Below, piece by piece: positions 49,642-59,873 of a stretch of DNA of 64,000 nucleotides. Under the pieces are notes generated by a model. That model had not been told where the DNA came from, searched no databases, and saw only the letters and a list, made by a program, of their open reading frames with translations. Source of the stretch: Thermotogaceae bacterium. Its GTDB lineage: Bacteria > Thermotogota > Thermotogae > MWEM01. Within the stretch, counting starts at the first letter, position 1. Each line of letters begins with the position of its first letter. The translations under genes and the position numbers were made by a program. The stretch is from positions 28,914-92,913 of the forward strand of contig JASUTC010000001.1 of NCBI GenBank assembly GCA_030445775.1. Reading direction: 5' to 3'.

Positions 49642-49739
49642 ATCCCTTCATGAATCATGAAAATTTCTTAAGCACATTGTTCGGAATAAAAAAAGCAATT
49701 TTAGTTTATTAACCTATTTTACCACATCGTTTTGATTAC

Positions 49740-51017
49740 TTATTGTAATAAAGAAAAATAATTTCGATAATCTTTTTCAAAGTCTAACAGTTTGAGATAA
49801 TCTGTAATGGAAAAACTTATTTCTTTGGATATAATCTTTTCAAAGTTCTCCTTCTCAAATGCATTGTATGTTCTGCAGACTTTTGGTATGAGATACGAAA
49901 TGTATAAAGGCTCTTTGAATGGATTTGAAAAATAATCACCCGAACTTAAAGGCGACTCGCCGATAAAAACACCTGTGTTTGTCCTATTGCAAAAAGAAAT
50001 CAACGCTTTTATATAAGGATAGATAGAGTACCTTGAAATGAGAAAATACAATTCACCTTGAAAGGAATTGTTTTGAGGAATAATGGCAAATACACCTGTT
50101 TGTTCATGATATCTTGTGACTTGTTTTGGGATCAAATAGCCTTCTTCTTTAGTAAGAAATGACAAAAATATTTGCAGATTATAATAATTCTCACCGTGAC
50201 CTTTTGCATCTGTTAGATCAATCAGCAATTTTGAAGGGTTTGAGTTAATAAGTTCATTCATCACTTTTCTTATGTCATAGATATTTTGCTCTGAATATGA
50301 TAAATCAAGTATCTTCAATACTGTAAATTCTTCGTATGTCTTCAACTCGTACCAAGTTGATTCTATACGATCCTTCCATGATGAAAATTCATTCCACGGA
50401 ACCTGTTTTACCGTTTCTTCAAATTGGTTATCCTCATATGAATATTGAACACTGTATTCATTTGCTTTAAAAAATTCAGGATAAAAATTTAACAGATACC
50501 TTTCACATGCCCAGAATCCTTTTTCTTCTTCCGTTTCTGCATAGATAAATTTCTTGAAATATTCCATAATTTCGTCAACGGATTCCTCGTTTATTGATTT
50601 GATAACAGAACCAGAAGGTATAATATTTCCGAGTGATGATTTGATGATCAATTGACCATCTCTATATTTGAATAAAAGAGGAAAGACATAAGCTGAATGT
50701 AGCGCACCTTCCCAAAAATCCAAATAAGTGAACGTATCCTCAAAATTTGTAAAAGCAGGTGCTAATTTTTCATAATATTCAAAATGACTGACAAATAACT
50801 TTAACTCATCCGATATATTTTCAACATTCCGGGAAAATTCTTTTACCTGATTCTCAGTAACTAAAGGATGTTGTCTGGGTATTTCCGAGAGAATGATCTC
50901 GATTTCTTTATTCAAATTTGGCCTAAAAAGAAAGTTCATCCATGACATAGAAAGGAAATATAATAGAATTGCCAATACCGTAAAGATGATTGTATAAGCG
51001 ATTAAGGTTTTTTTCAT
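49740..51017 (-). CDS. Membrane-anchored hypothetical protein (~425 aa)
   Basis: The start MKKTLIAY at 51017 has an AAGGAGG RBS, followed by a signal anchor. It shows ATGA-type coupling with the upstream MFS gene. Confidence 0.5.
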   Translation of the reverse strand: MKKTLIAYTIIFTVLAILLYFLSMSWMNFLFRPNLNKEIEIILSEIPRQHPLVTENQVKEFSRNVENISDELKLFVSHFEYYEKLAPAFTNFEDTFTYLDFWEGALHSAYVFPLLFKYRDGQLIIKSSLGNIIPSGSVIKSINEESVDEIMEYFKKFIYAETEEEKGFWACERYLLNFYPEFFKANEYSVQYSYEDNQFEETVKQVPWNEFSSWKDRIESTWYELKTYEEFTVLKILDLSYSEQNIYDIRKVMNELINSNPSKLLIDLTDAKGHGENYYNLQIFLSFLTKEEGYLIPKQVTRYHEQTGVFAIIPQNNSFQGELYFLISRYSIYPYIKALISFCNRTNTGVFIGESPLSSGDYFSNPFKEPLYISYLIPKVCRTYNAFEKENFEKIISKEISFSITDYLKLLDFEKDYRNYFSLLQ

Positions 51018-52138
51018 TTTAATCCTCCTTTTAAACTGAAAAAATACCAAATAAAAAGCGGAGCAGAAATAATAAACATGATAATAGACAAGATGTTATA
51101 CGTGTTGATTAATCCTATCAGTTCAACTAATATTCCTCCACCCAGGTAACCAACCAGAAAACCAACGCCTTGGATAATCATCCAAAAAGCAGCTTGTGCT
51201 TTATTTGCTTGTTTCTTAGGGATTTTGAAGTGAATATAATTAAAAATCGAATAATAAATAACGATATAATTCCATCCGTGTAGTATATGTGTTAATATCA
51301 ACTGAGATGGAGTTTGTGCAAGTGGCGTAATAAACAAACGAATACCGATAGCAAAAATACCGGTTGCAACAAGGAACAGAGAACCTGTTTTTTTTATGAT
51401 TGATTTCGCAAATAAAAGAAAAGGTACTTCACAAATTGACAGGACCGCAAAACTAATCCCAACAGTGCTTTCAGGAAAACCTTTTTGAGAGACAAGAACG
51501 GGTAAAAATGAACCACAAAAAGAAACACCCATAATACCTACTGTGGCAGTTATTAACAGAAAAATAAACGTTCTTGAATTTCCGGAACTGTCTGTAGTGT
51601 ATTTTCTTTCACTGACTATTTCGTAAGTCTTAAGTTTTCTTGAAAAAGTAAAAGCTAATATTAGAGCTGTGGTAGAGATAATAAACATAAAGATAAAGCT
51701 AATCTCAAAGAGAAATCCTGAAAGGAGTGAAATAGTTGAAAATCCCACCGTACCCATTAACCTGGCCTTATCCAAATGCATACCTTTTGTCATGAGAGAT
51801 TCCATAACGCCGGCTTCTCCTATAGGAACAATCGATGTGGCGAAAAAGCCGAAAAGAATTAACGCAAACAACTTTGGTAAAAAACCAGGCAATAGATAAA
51901 CGGCCCATACTAATATTGCGGGGGCTAAAATGAGGTATTTCAAAGTTTTTTTCTCTCCGATCCTGTTCCTGAGACTAAACCAAAAAGGATTTGCAATTAA
52001 AGCCATACCAGGTATCACAGCCATTAAAGCCCCGATTTGAACTGGAGAAAAACCCGAATTTTCAAAATATTGTGCCATTATATTGATCATAGCAAGGTTA
52101 GAATAGATAAACCACTCCACCAATGATTCAAATAACAT
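51014..52138 (-). CDS. MFS transporter
   Basis: About 12 TM helices in an MFS-like layout. The start may be an internal Met. Confidence 0.65.
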   Translation of the reverse strand: MLFESLVEWFIYSNLAMINIMAQYFENSGFSPVQIGALMAVIPGMALIANPFWFSLRNRIGEKKTLKYLILAPAILVWAVYLLPGFLPKLFALILFGFFATSIVPIGEAGVMESLMTKGMHLDKARLMGTVGFSTISLLSGFLFEISFIFMFIISTTALILAFTFSRKLKTYEIVSERKYTTDSSGNSRTFIFLLITATVGIMGVSFCGSFLPVLVSQKGFPESTVGISFAVLSICEVPFLLFAKSIIKKTGSLFLVATGIFAIGIRLFITPLAQTPSQLILTHILHGWNYIVIYYSIFNYIHFKIPKKQANKAQAAFWMIIQGVGFLVGYLGGGILVELIGLINTYNILSIIMFIISAPLFIWYFFSLKGGLK

Positions 52139-52139
52139 G

Positions 52140-52748
52140 TTATCTTACCCTCTTTAAATGATTATTATAAAAAGTACGTAATTCTCGCGGTGTAGGTGTG
52201 TGAACGCCAACGATATTTAAATCAAGCGCCGTTTTGACATTCTCTTCAGAATCATCAAAAAAAACTGTTTCGGCGGGATTAAGCTTATATTCATTGAGGA
52301 TGTAGCAATAAATCTCCTTTTCAGGTTTTATCATTTTTACATGGGATGAAATGATCAAACCCTCAAACATTTTGAAAAAATCGTATTTATTATAGGCTTT
52401 GTGAAAAGATTCCGAATGAAAATTGGATAGAACAAACAATCTGTAATTATCTTCAAAAAGCTTATAAATAATCTCAACGTTTTCTTCTATAACAGGCAGA
52501 TAATCAATAAAACCTTTGAGTGCAAATTTAATTTCTTTTTTTAATTCAGGGATATTTTTGGAAAATAACTCAACAGCTTGATCAAGAGAAAGGCTTCCTC
52601 TGTCCAACTCAGCCCAGTACTCTGTATCCATCATGTTTTTTTTTAACAAAACAGCTTTTTTTTCATCAAACATGGCTGTTAACAACTTCATAGGTTTCCA
52701 ATCCAGAAGAACCCCACCAACATCAAAAATAACATTTTTATAACACAT
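52140..52748 (-). CDS. HAD-superfamily hydrolase (subfamily IA-like)
   Basis: Motif I is IFDVGGVL and the protein is 202 aa. Confidence 0.6.
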   Translation of the reverse strand: MCYKNVIFDVGGVLLDWKPMKLLTAMFDEKKAVLLKKNMMDTEYWAELDRGSLSLDQAVELFSKNIPELKKEIKFALKGFIDYLPVIEENVEIIYKLFEDNYRLFVLSNFHSESFHKAYNKYDFFKMFEGLIISSHVKMIKPEKEIYCYILNEYKLNPAETVFFDDSEENVKTALDLNIVGVHTPTPRELRTFYNNHLKRVR

Positions 52749-52830
52749 AAAGCCCCCCCTCGGTTTATTCTATTTATGCTATCATAAAGTGTATTAAAAT
52801 GCAATTTTAATATTGATTGATGATCATTAA

Positions 52831-52860
52831 AAAAGGGTGTGATTTCTCACACCCTTTTTT
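52831..52860. terminator. Bidirectional rho-independent terminator
   Basis: aaaagggtgtga-tttc-tcacaccctttttt forms a perfect 12-bp stem with A/T runs on both sides. Confidence 0.75.
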
Positions 52861-52864
52861 ACTC

Positions 52865-53005
52865 TCACTGTGTAACCTTTACTCCTACTATCTTATCTTT
52901 TCCCAATTTCTTTTTGATCTTTATCTTTGCTTCTTTCTGATTAACTGCATCAACACTAACGGATTTAATGATATCTCCGTTCAAATAATCCACGGTGAAC
53001 CTCAT
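52865..53005 (-). CDS. Small protein, 46 aa (MRFTVDYLNGDIIKSVSVDAVNQKEAKIKIKKKLGKDKIVGVKVTQ), missing from the supplied ORF track
   Basis: My own translation. A GGGGGT RBS lies about 8 nt upstream of the ATG at 53005. The stop is at 52865-52867 and the perfect terminator follows 4 nt later. Confidence 0.45.
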   Translation of the reverse strand: MRFTVDYLNGDIIKSVSVDAVNQKEAKIKIKKKLGKDKIVGVKVTQ

Positions 53006-53104
53006 AATACCGACCCCCTATATGATGATATGGATAATAATCGACCTACTAATAAAAGACGCAAAGAATCAACAACTTACTTCAAAAGTTATGAAATAAT
53101 GTAA

Positions 53105-53533
53105 TTAAACAATCTCAACAAGTTCTAAATCAAAAACCAATGTTCGTCCCACCAACGGATGATTCCCATCAAGAATCACTTCATCACCAAGGATATCAAC
53201 TACCGTGAAAACAGCAACTTTGTCTCCTTCTCCCTGCATGTTCAGTCTCAAACCAGGCTTTAACTCTAAATCCTTTGGAAATTGAGATTTATCAAAGACA
53301 AAGCGAAGTTTATCGTCATATTCACCATATCCTTCGGCAGGTGGTATTTTTATAGTCTTTTTTTCACCCTCTTCAAGTCCAATTACAGCATTTTCAAATC
53401 CAGGTATAACTTGCTTCCCACCAATTGTAAATTCCAAAGGGTCCCTTTCTCTTGATGAATCAAATTCCGTACCATCTTCCAGTGTTCCCGTGTAATGTAC
53501 TTTTACCGTGTCACCGTTCTTTGCTTTAGACAT
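53105..53533 (-). CDS. FKBP-type peptidyl-prolyl cis-trans isomerase (SlyD-like, with an insert-in-flap)
   Basis: VKVHYTGTLEDGTEFDSS...FTIGGKQVIPGFENAVIGL is the FKBP core. Confidence 0.8.
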   Translation of the reverse strand: MSKAKNGDTVKVHYTGTLEDGTEFDSSRERDPLEFTIGGKQVIPGFENAVIGLEEGEKKTIKIPPAEGYGEYDDKLRFVFDKSQFPKDLELKPGLRLNMQGEGDKVAVFTVVDILGDEVILDGNHPLVGRTLVFDLELVEIV

Positions 53534-53629
53534 ATACTACTCCTTTCATTTTTGTTGAAACTCAGGTAATAATAATCCAAATTCTTTTTGAATTTTATGA
53601 TTAATCCTTTATCAATGATTCAATTATGA

Positions 53630-54748
53630 TCAATTAGCCGATTTTATTATACCATAAACTTCATCAGATGATTTTCCTATAGCCGTTGGAACTTGAATCT
53701 CACCTGTTAAAATCTTCTTCTGGATTTCTGATAATTGATTTTCGATTTCGGGATTTTCTTTAAGAAAACGTGTAAAATAGTCATTGTATGCAAGTCCAAT
53801 GACCCCTTCTTTTATACCCATAACGACATTTTTCCCGAATTCTAATTCCCCTTTATCATAAAGCTCTATAGCTTTCACAAGGGATTGACCTATATCTTTC
53901 AACATGCTGGTTAAAATGTGATCATTATATTCCGGGTGAGAGGATTCAAAAACAAGATGCGCATCTGAATCAACACCAATTGCCCAAGCATTATTTTCTA
54001 CTGCTGCAGGATAAATACCGTTTCCGGTATTTGCTGCAACGTTAAATATTACATCCGCTCCATTTTGAAACATGACATTAGCCAATTCACGCCCTTTAGC
54101 GGGATCATTCCATATTCCCGCATAGGAAACAAGCACTTTGATTTTTTGATTAATATATTGTGCGCCTTTTACATATCCAACGATGAAATCGTTGACGATA
54201 GGTGAATCAACTCCACCTAAAACCCCTATGGTCTGTAAATCATTGGAAAAGTTCAAATTTTCCGATTGTGAAACTAACGCTGCAAGAGCTCCCGCTAAAA
54301 AGGCTCCCTCATTTTGCTTATAGGAAATCGCAAAGATATTTGACAAATCTCCTTGTGAAAAGTCTATTTTTGCATCATACAATATATATCTGTTATCGGG
54401 ATAAAAACTGGTAATTCTAGTTAATGGATCAACCATTGGCCATGTCCCTACCACGATAATATCGTAATTTCCAAATGCCGAAAGTTCATCAATGGTAGGT
54501 TCCCAAATTGCAGGATTGTACTCCATCTCCACAATCTTCGTTTCAGCACCCATCTCTTCTTCTAAAACACTTAATCCCTTAGCTGCTGAGTCGAAAAAGG
54601 ATTTATCCCCCAGTTCTCCATTAATCAAACAAGCAATCCTTAAAGGATCGGCAAGTACGTTTGATATAAAGATAAAAAAGATAACGAAAATCATTATCAG
54701 GCTATTTTTCATTTTCACACCTCCAATTAGTTGATGATATTTTATCAT
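53630..54748 (-). CDS. BMP-family (basic membrane protein / PnrA-like) ABC substrate-binding lipoprotein
   Basis: A signal peptide MKNSLIMIFVIFFIFISNVLA precedes a BMP-fold sequence pattern. Confidence 0.7.
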   Translation of the reverse strand: MIKYHQLIGGVKMKNSLIMIFVIFFIFISNVLADPLRIACLINGELGDKSFFDSAAKGLSVLEEEMGAETKIVEMEYNPAIWEPTIDELSAFGNYDIIVVGTWPMVDPLTRITSFYPDNRYILYDAKIDFSQGDLSNIFAISYKQNEGAFLAGALAALVSQSENLNFSNDLQTIGVLGGVDSPIVNDFIVGYVKGAQYINQKIKVLVSYAGIWNDPAKGRELANVMFQNGADVIFNVAANTGNGIYPAAVENNAWAIGVDSDAHLVFESSHPEYNDHILTSMLKDIGQSLVKAIELYDKGELEFGKNVVMGIKEGVIGLAYNDYFTRFLKENPEIENQLSEIQKKILTGEIQVPTAIGKSSDEVYGIIKSAN

Positions 54749-54822
54749 ATGAAAACAATCTCATTCTTTCTAACCATTAAATGTTATAATACACGAAAGT
54801 GCTTTTTGGGGGTTGATGTTAT

Positions 54823-55170
54823 TTGAAAAATGCTTTTGATATATTGGTGCAGATTGAGGAGTGTTCAAAAGAAGCGCTGGAAATCATTAAAAACGGCAAA
54901 TTTGAAGAACTGCCAATTGTTCTTGATCAAAGGAGTGAGTTTATTACCTCATTAGATAAAGCGGAAAGTACTGATCTGGGAGCTGAAAAAACAGTGCTAC
55001 ACCGAATTGAAAAATTGGAGTCAAAAATGCTGGAAATACTCAAGAACAGCACAAGCGAGACAAAAGACTCTATTAACACTATTTCAGTTGGAAAAAAGGC
55101 CGTTAAAAATGGATATTTTAAATCAAAATTAGAATATGAAAGACACAATCGTTTCTTAAAGAGAGGGTAA
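54823..55170 (+). CDS. Small helical hypothetical protein (115 aa)
   Basis: The ORF is coupled to the downstream mtaD-like gene with a 3-nt gap. Confidence 0.4.
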   Translation: MKNAFDILVQIEECSKEALEIIKNGKFEELPIVLDQRSEFITSLDKAESTDLGAEKTVLHRIEKLESKMLEILKNSTSETKDSINTISVGKKAVKNGYFKSKLEYERHNRFLKRG

Positions 55171-55173
55171 ATA

Positions 55174-56433
55174 GTGAAAAAATTCATTGATAACATACAT
55201 ATTTTAAAAGATGAAACAATCATAGAAAACGGGTTTATAGAAATTGAAGACGGGATTATTTCAAACATTGGAGAAAGTTCAAACAACAAAGCTAATACAT
55301 TGGCACTTGATCTAAAAGGGAAACGCATATTGGCTATTCCTGGAATGATCAATTCCCACACCCATTCAGGAATGGCTGCATTAAAAGGAGCTGGTGATGA
55401 CTTACCTTTTGAGCAATGGTTGTTTCAAACGATCATTCCCCTTGAAGAACAATTAGATGACGAGATGATTTATCTTTCTACAATGATATCTCAAATGGAA
55501 ATGGCAAGAAACGGAATTACAACATTTGTAGATATGTACATGATGCTTGATTCCATCATCAAGGCAGTTGATGAATTTGGAATGAGGGCTTATATTTGTA
55601 GAGGTCTGCAGGATGATTCTTTAGAAGACGGACAGCGGTTGCAAAAAAATATTAAAGCATATGAAAAATATCATGGGACAGCAAACGGAAGAATTTCTGT
55701 GGGCTTTGGTCCACATTCTCCCTACCTCTGCTCAAAAGAATATCTAAAAAAGATTGCAGATGTTGCCCAAGAATTGAATGCCTTGATTCACATTCATCTA
55801 AAAGAAAGCCAAAAGGAAAGTCATCAATATACTTTTAGAGAATTGGCAAATATCGGTTTGTTTAACACACAAACCATAGCTGCCCATTGTGTTTACGCAG
55901 ATTCAGATGACATTCAAGTTTTGAAAGAATTCAACGTTTCCGTTGCTCATAACCCTTCCTCAAATTTGAAACTGGCAAACGGAATAGCACCAATTGAAAA
56001 AATGCATCAAGAGGGCGTTAATGTATGCCTTGGAACTGATAGCGTATCCAGTAACAATTCTTTGGATTTATTTAAGGAAATGTTATTGGCATCACTAATT
56101 CATAAAGGGGAAACAAAAGATCCTCAAGCAATTCCCGCAATTGTTTCATTTAAAATGGCAACTTCAAATGGTGCAAATGCAGTTGGCCAAAAAAACATTG
56201 GACTTTTAGAAAAAGGTATGCGTGCGGATATTGCCTTTTTAGATATGGATAATATCAATCTTTTCCCTCTAATAAAGCCAATTTCGAATATTGTTTATTC
56301 CGGGAGAGGTTCTGATGTCATCGCCACAATGGTGGATGGTGATTTCATATACTATTTTGGCACTTATCCTAAAATCAATGAAGAAGCCATCAAGAAACAA
56401 TTCATGGAAAAATACGTCAAATTGTATAAATGA
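55174..56433 (+). CDS. Amidohydrolase of the MtaD/TRZ-ATZ class (5-methylthioadenosine/S-adenosylhomocysteine deaminase-like)
   Basis: Metal-ligand motifs INSHTHSGM and IHIHLKESQKE are present, and the 419-aa size fits. Confidence 0.65.
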   Translation: MKKFIDNIHILKDETIIENGFIEIEDGIISNIGESSNNKANTLALDLKGKRILAIPGMINSHTHSGMAALKGAGDDLPFEQWLFQTIIPLEEQLDDEMIYLSTMISQMEMARNGITTFVDMYMMLDSIIKAVDEFGMRAYICRGLQDDSLEDGQRLQKNIKAYEKYHGTANGRISVGFGPHSPYLCSKEYLKKIADVAQELNALIHIHLKESQKESHQYTFRELANIGLFNTQTIAAHCVYADSDDIQVLKEFNVSVAHNPSSNLKLANGIAPIEKMHQEGVNVCLGTDSVSSNNSLDLFKEMLLASLIHKGETKDPQAIPAIVSFKMATSNGANAVGQKNIGLLEKGMRADIAFLDMDNINLFPLIKPISNIVYSGRGSDVIATMVDGDFIYYFGTYPKINEEAIKKQFMEKYVKLYK

Positions 56434-56442
56434 AGGTTTTTT

Positions 56443-57126
56443 ATGTCATTTTTCGACAATTTTAATTTAACTGTTTTTTTAAGGCAAATTTTGGTACGTT
56501 CTCCTGCTGTTTTATTTGCTTTAGGTTTACATGAATATGCCCACGCTTTTATGGCGGTTAAACTTGGTGATGATACCCCGATTTTGTTAAAAAGAAATAC
56601 CGTCAACCCTTTAAAGCATATTGATCCTATAGGGTTAGCTTGTTTTATTATTTTAAATTTTGGTTGGTCAAGGAGAATACCCGTTAACAACTTATGGTTA
56701 AAAAACAAAAACAAAGACACGTTTATCATCGCATTTTCAGGTCCGGCCTTTAGTTTAGTATTAGCCATATTGGCGGCTTTTGTTTTTTATGGTTTTGGTA
56801 TACATAAATACAGCTGGTTCTTTAATCCAAATCCAAAAAACACCTTTTTTATTCTTAATTATTTATCCGATGTATTAGGATCATTTATGGTTGTCAATTT
56901 AATCATTGCCATTTTTAATCTAATTCCCATTATGCCTTTAGATGCTTCAGCATTATGGTCTGTATTTATGACCACAAAGCATATGAAAACAGTGATGAAA
57001 TATCAAGTATACGGCATTCTTCTTTTGTTGATTTTGATTATTATGGGGATTATACAAGCAATAATGTATCCAGTCATTTCGGGCTTTAACACCATGTTTA
57101 TTAATTTATCCGGAATATTTGGATAA
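56443..57126 (+). CDS. Site-2 protease (M50) family membrane metalloprotease
   Basis: HEYAHAF is the HExxH motif. The protein is multi-TM. Confidence 0.7.
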   Translation: MSFFDNFNLTVFLRQILVRSPAVLFALGLHEYAHAFMAVKLGDDTPILLKRNTVNPLKHIDPIGLACFIILNFGWSRRIPVNNLWLKNKNKDTFIIAFSGPAFSLVLAILAAFVFYGFGIHKYSWFFNPNPKNTFFILNYLSDVLGSFMVVNLIIAIFNLIPIMPLDASALWSVFMTTKHMKTVMKYQVYGILLLLILIIMGIIQAIMYPVISGFNTMFINLSGIFG

Positions 57127-57141
57127 AGTTGGAGGGGTTTT

Positions 57142-58038
57142 ATGAGAAGCGAAAAAAAGATTTATAACTTTTTACAAATTGAAAATGATATTTACAAAAA
57201 GATAGTAGAAGAACTTTTGGATGTTTATTTGGAATACATACCCTATCCGGTTAATGCCGTGATTAGTGATCAAAAAGAGGTTGTTCAGGAAGGCACTCAT
57301 TTGCAAATCTTAGATGGAAAAGGGTTGTTTGGATTCGTAGATGGTGATCAAAAATTCTTTTTGGAAGATTCCATTAATAACAAAAACATTTTTTTGGGGG
57401 TTAATTGGTTTTTAGAACACAATTTGAACGCTAACTTTGATTTTTGTTCGCCATATTCAATGCGAAGGAGAATTATATCCGTATTGGAGCCAATGATGGT
57501 TTTAATGGAGGTTGAAGATTCAAAAGGATACAGTCATTCTCAGCGAGTGGCTTCTCTCTTCACTTCATTTGCAAAAGATTTGGGATTGGAGCCAAACGAA
57601 GGCGCCCTATTCATCCACTATGCCATGCTACATGATGTTGGTAGAATTGGGGTTGAACAATTAATACTCTACTCCCCAACTCGTTTGAGAAATTTTGAGG
57701 AAACCGGTCAAGATCATACAATAACTGGATCAGTTTATATATCAACCTTAGAAGTGTTAAACGATTTCGTCCCCTATGTCAGAAGTCATCATGAAAGATT
57801 TGATGGTAAAGGATTTCCGGATGGACTTAAAGGAGAAGAAATTCCCTATTGGGTGAGGGTTTTGACCATTGTTAATTGGTATGATAACGCACTAAATACC
57901 GTTGATTCTGAATTTTCCATTGGTGTGATGAGTGAAAGAGAAGCTTTGGAAGTCATTGAAAAAGATAATGGAAAACTCTTTGACCCCGAGATTGGCAAGC
58001 GATTTATTTCTTTCATCAAGAAAGGACAAAATGAATGA
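57142..58038 (+). CDS. HD-GYP-like phosphohydrolase domain protein carrying a GFP variant (candidate c-di-GMP phosphodiesterase)
   Basis: The HD motif is HYAMLHDVGRIG and the HD-GYP-like block reads HHERFDGKGFPDGLKGEEIPYWVRVLTIVNWYD. The N-terminal 130 aa are uncharacterised. Confidence 0.6.
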   Translation: MRSEKKIYNFLQIENDIYKKIVEELLDVYLEYIPYPVNAVISDQKEVVQEGTHLQILDGKGLFGFVDGDQKFFLEDSINNKNIFLGVNWFLEHNLNANFDFCSPYSMRRRIISVLEPMMVLMEVEDSKGYSHSQRVASLFTSFAKDLGLEPNEGALFIHYAMLHDVGRIGVEQLILYSPTRLRNFEETGQDHTITGSVYISTLEVLNDFVPYVRSHHERFDGKGFPDGLKGEEIPYWVRVLTIVNWYDNALNTVDSEFSIGVMSEREALEVIEKDNGKLFDPEIGKRFISFIKKGQNE

Positions 58039-58589
58039 AATCATATAACATTTCGAGTATCATAGCGGCTGTGTGGAATCCAAAAGAAGAACTCGAATAC
58101 TTAGACGCTTACAGCGGCAATACCGTATTTCTTCTTAGTTCAGATTTGGTGAATCTTGGAAATCATATCAAAAAAATCAAAAAAAAGGGGTTTAAGGTTT
58201 TTTTGGATATTGATTTTTGCGATGGTTTAGGAAACGGAGAATACGCCTTCAGATATTCCACTTTACAAGGAGCGGATGGAATTATTACCGTCAAACCTAA
58301 GATGATAGATATCGCCAACAGTTATGGTGTACCAAATGTTTTAAGAAGCTTTGCACTTGACAGCAATTCCCTGCTAAGAATCAACGAAATGATCACAAAT
58401 ATTAATCCGATGTTTTTGGAAATACTCCCAGGTAGTGCATTCCCCAATGTTTTTTATTATCTTAAATCAAATGGATTAAAAACGGACAACATGATTGCAG
58501 CTGGGTTAATCGAAACAAAAAAAGAAACGGAAGAACTTTTTAAATGTGGTGCTAAGGCTATTTCTACCAGTAAAACACAATTATGGTAA
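58035..58589 (+). CDS. GlpP-family (glycerol-3-phosphate-responsive antiterminator-like) protein
   Basis: VFLDIDFCDGLGNGEYA, EILPGSAFP and the ...AAGLIETKKETEELFKCGAKAISTSKTQLW tail match the GlpP pattern (PF04309-like). The gene overlaps the previous one by 4 nt. Confidence 0.6.
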   Translation: MKSYNISSIIAAVWNPKEELEYLDAYSGNTVFLLSSDLVNLGNHIKKIKKKGFKVFLDIDFCDGLGNGEYAFRYSTLQGADGIITVKPKMIDIANSYGVPNVLRSFALDSNSLLRINEMITNINPMFLEILPGSAFPNVFYYLKSNGLKTDNMIAAGLIETKKETEELFKCGAKAISTSKTQLW

Positions 58590-58604
58590 CAGGAGGATAA
58601 GAAC

Positions 58605-59873
58605 ATGAAAAAAATAATGATACTGATAATGAGTTTGATCTTTTTGTCGGTTTTTAGCCGTGAGTTTTTGATAATTTATCCAAATGGGTTATCCATCAAG
58701 GGGGATAGCGTTGTTGTAAATTCTGATAGTTTTCAATTAGATCTTCCTGACAGCTGGATTGCAGACTCCTTTACATCTGACCCATATCCACAAAGTTATC
58801 AATATGTGGTTCAGAAAACTTTTGATTATTCAAACACACTAAAAGAATCGATAGGAAAAAAGATAAAATGGCGTTTTGAGGATGGCACAATCAAGGAGTA
58901 TAAGCTTCTTCTGGATGATCCTCTATTATTATCTGATGAAAACGGTGTTTTTTCACCACAAAGTGGTACCGCTGTTTTTGAAGATGTTCAGATAAAGGAG
59001 GCAAAACAATTCCTTGATTTGCTTTTTACCGATGAAATTAAGCATTTGAGTTTTTCCTACATGTTTAACAACCTTTCCTATTCAACTGTTTATATTATGA
59101 ACCTGGAAGATGAAAAAGACCAGGCTGAAATTATTGGAACAATCATCATTAATAACGCAACAAAACAACAAATTCAAACTGACCATTTGTATATTTTTTC
59201 GGGAGAAATTAACACAGTTTCAACTGATTATGCCGTTAAAGCCATGAGAAGTTTTAATTATGAAACAGATTCTTATAGTGGTGGTTCTACAATGGAAAGC
59301 TTCAGCGATTATAAGATTTATTCTATACCGGGCAACTATTCTTTTAATCGTTTTTCAAGAGACTATATTCAATTCTTGCATGCCAAAGAATCTTATGACA
59401 TGATTTATACTTTTAATGCCTACTATTCCAATCGGAGTTCAGAATTTCAGACTTTCGATCAAACTATTAAATTCTCTAAGCTTTCCCAACCATTAATGGC
59501 TGGGAAAGTAAGAATTCAGAAAAACGATCAAGAAAAAACTGTCTTTTTGGGTGAAAACACCATCAACAATACCAGTAAAGGTCAACCCTTGGAAATTAGT
59601 TTTGGAAAAGCCTATGATGTGCAAGGAAAGGTGGAGTTAATTCAATCAACCCGGAGTGGAAATACCTATTTTGAAGCATACAAATTCACCGCGAAAAATT
59701 ATACAACTGAGAGTAAAAACATACAATTAAACTTTACAATTCCCAGAGATTCTGATGTAGAAGTAGACGTATACGATTTTTCCCGACCAACAGCAACATT
59801 ACTTCAAATCCCCTTGACGCTACACGGGAAAATGGAAGTTGGGGTTACTTTTGAAATCAGATATGATCGTTGA
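58605..59873 (+). CDS. Secreted hypothetical protein (422 aa)
   Basis: A signal peptide MKKIMILIMSLIFLSVFS. I see no recognisable motifs. Confidence 0.5.
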   Translation: MKKIMILIMSLIFLSVFSREFLIIYPNGLSIKGDSVVVNSDSFQLDLPDSWIADSFTSDPYPQSYQYVVQKTFDYSNTLKESIGKKIKWRFEDGTIKEYKLLLDDPLLLSDENGVFSPQSGTAVFEDVQIKEAKQFLDLLFTDEIKHLSFSYMFNNLSYSTVYIMNLEDEKDQAEIIGTIIINNATKQQIQTDHLYIFSGEINTVSTDYAVKAMRSFNYETDSYSGGSTMESFSDYKIYSIPGNYSFNRFSRDYIQFLHAKESYDMIYTFNAYYSNRSSEFQTFDQTIKFSKLSQPLMAGKVRIQKNDQEKTVFLGENTINNTSKGQPLEISFGKAYDVQGKVELIQSTRSGNTYFEAYKFTAKNYTTESKNIQLNFTIPRDSDVEVDVYDFSRPTATLLQIPLTLHGKMEVGVTFEIRYDR

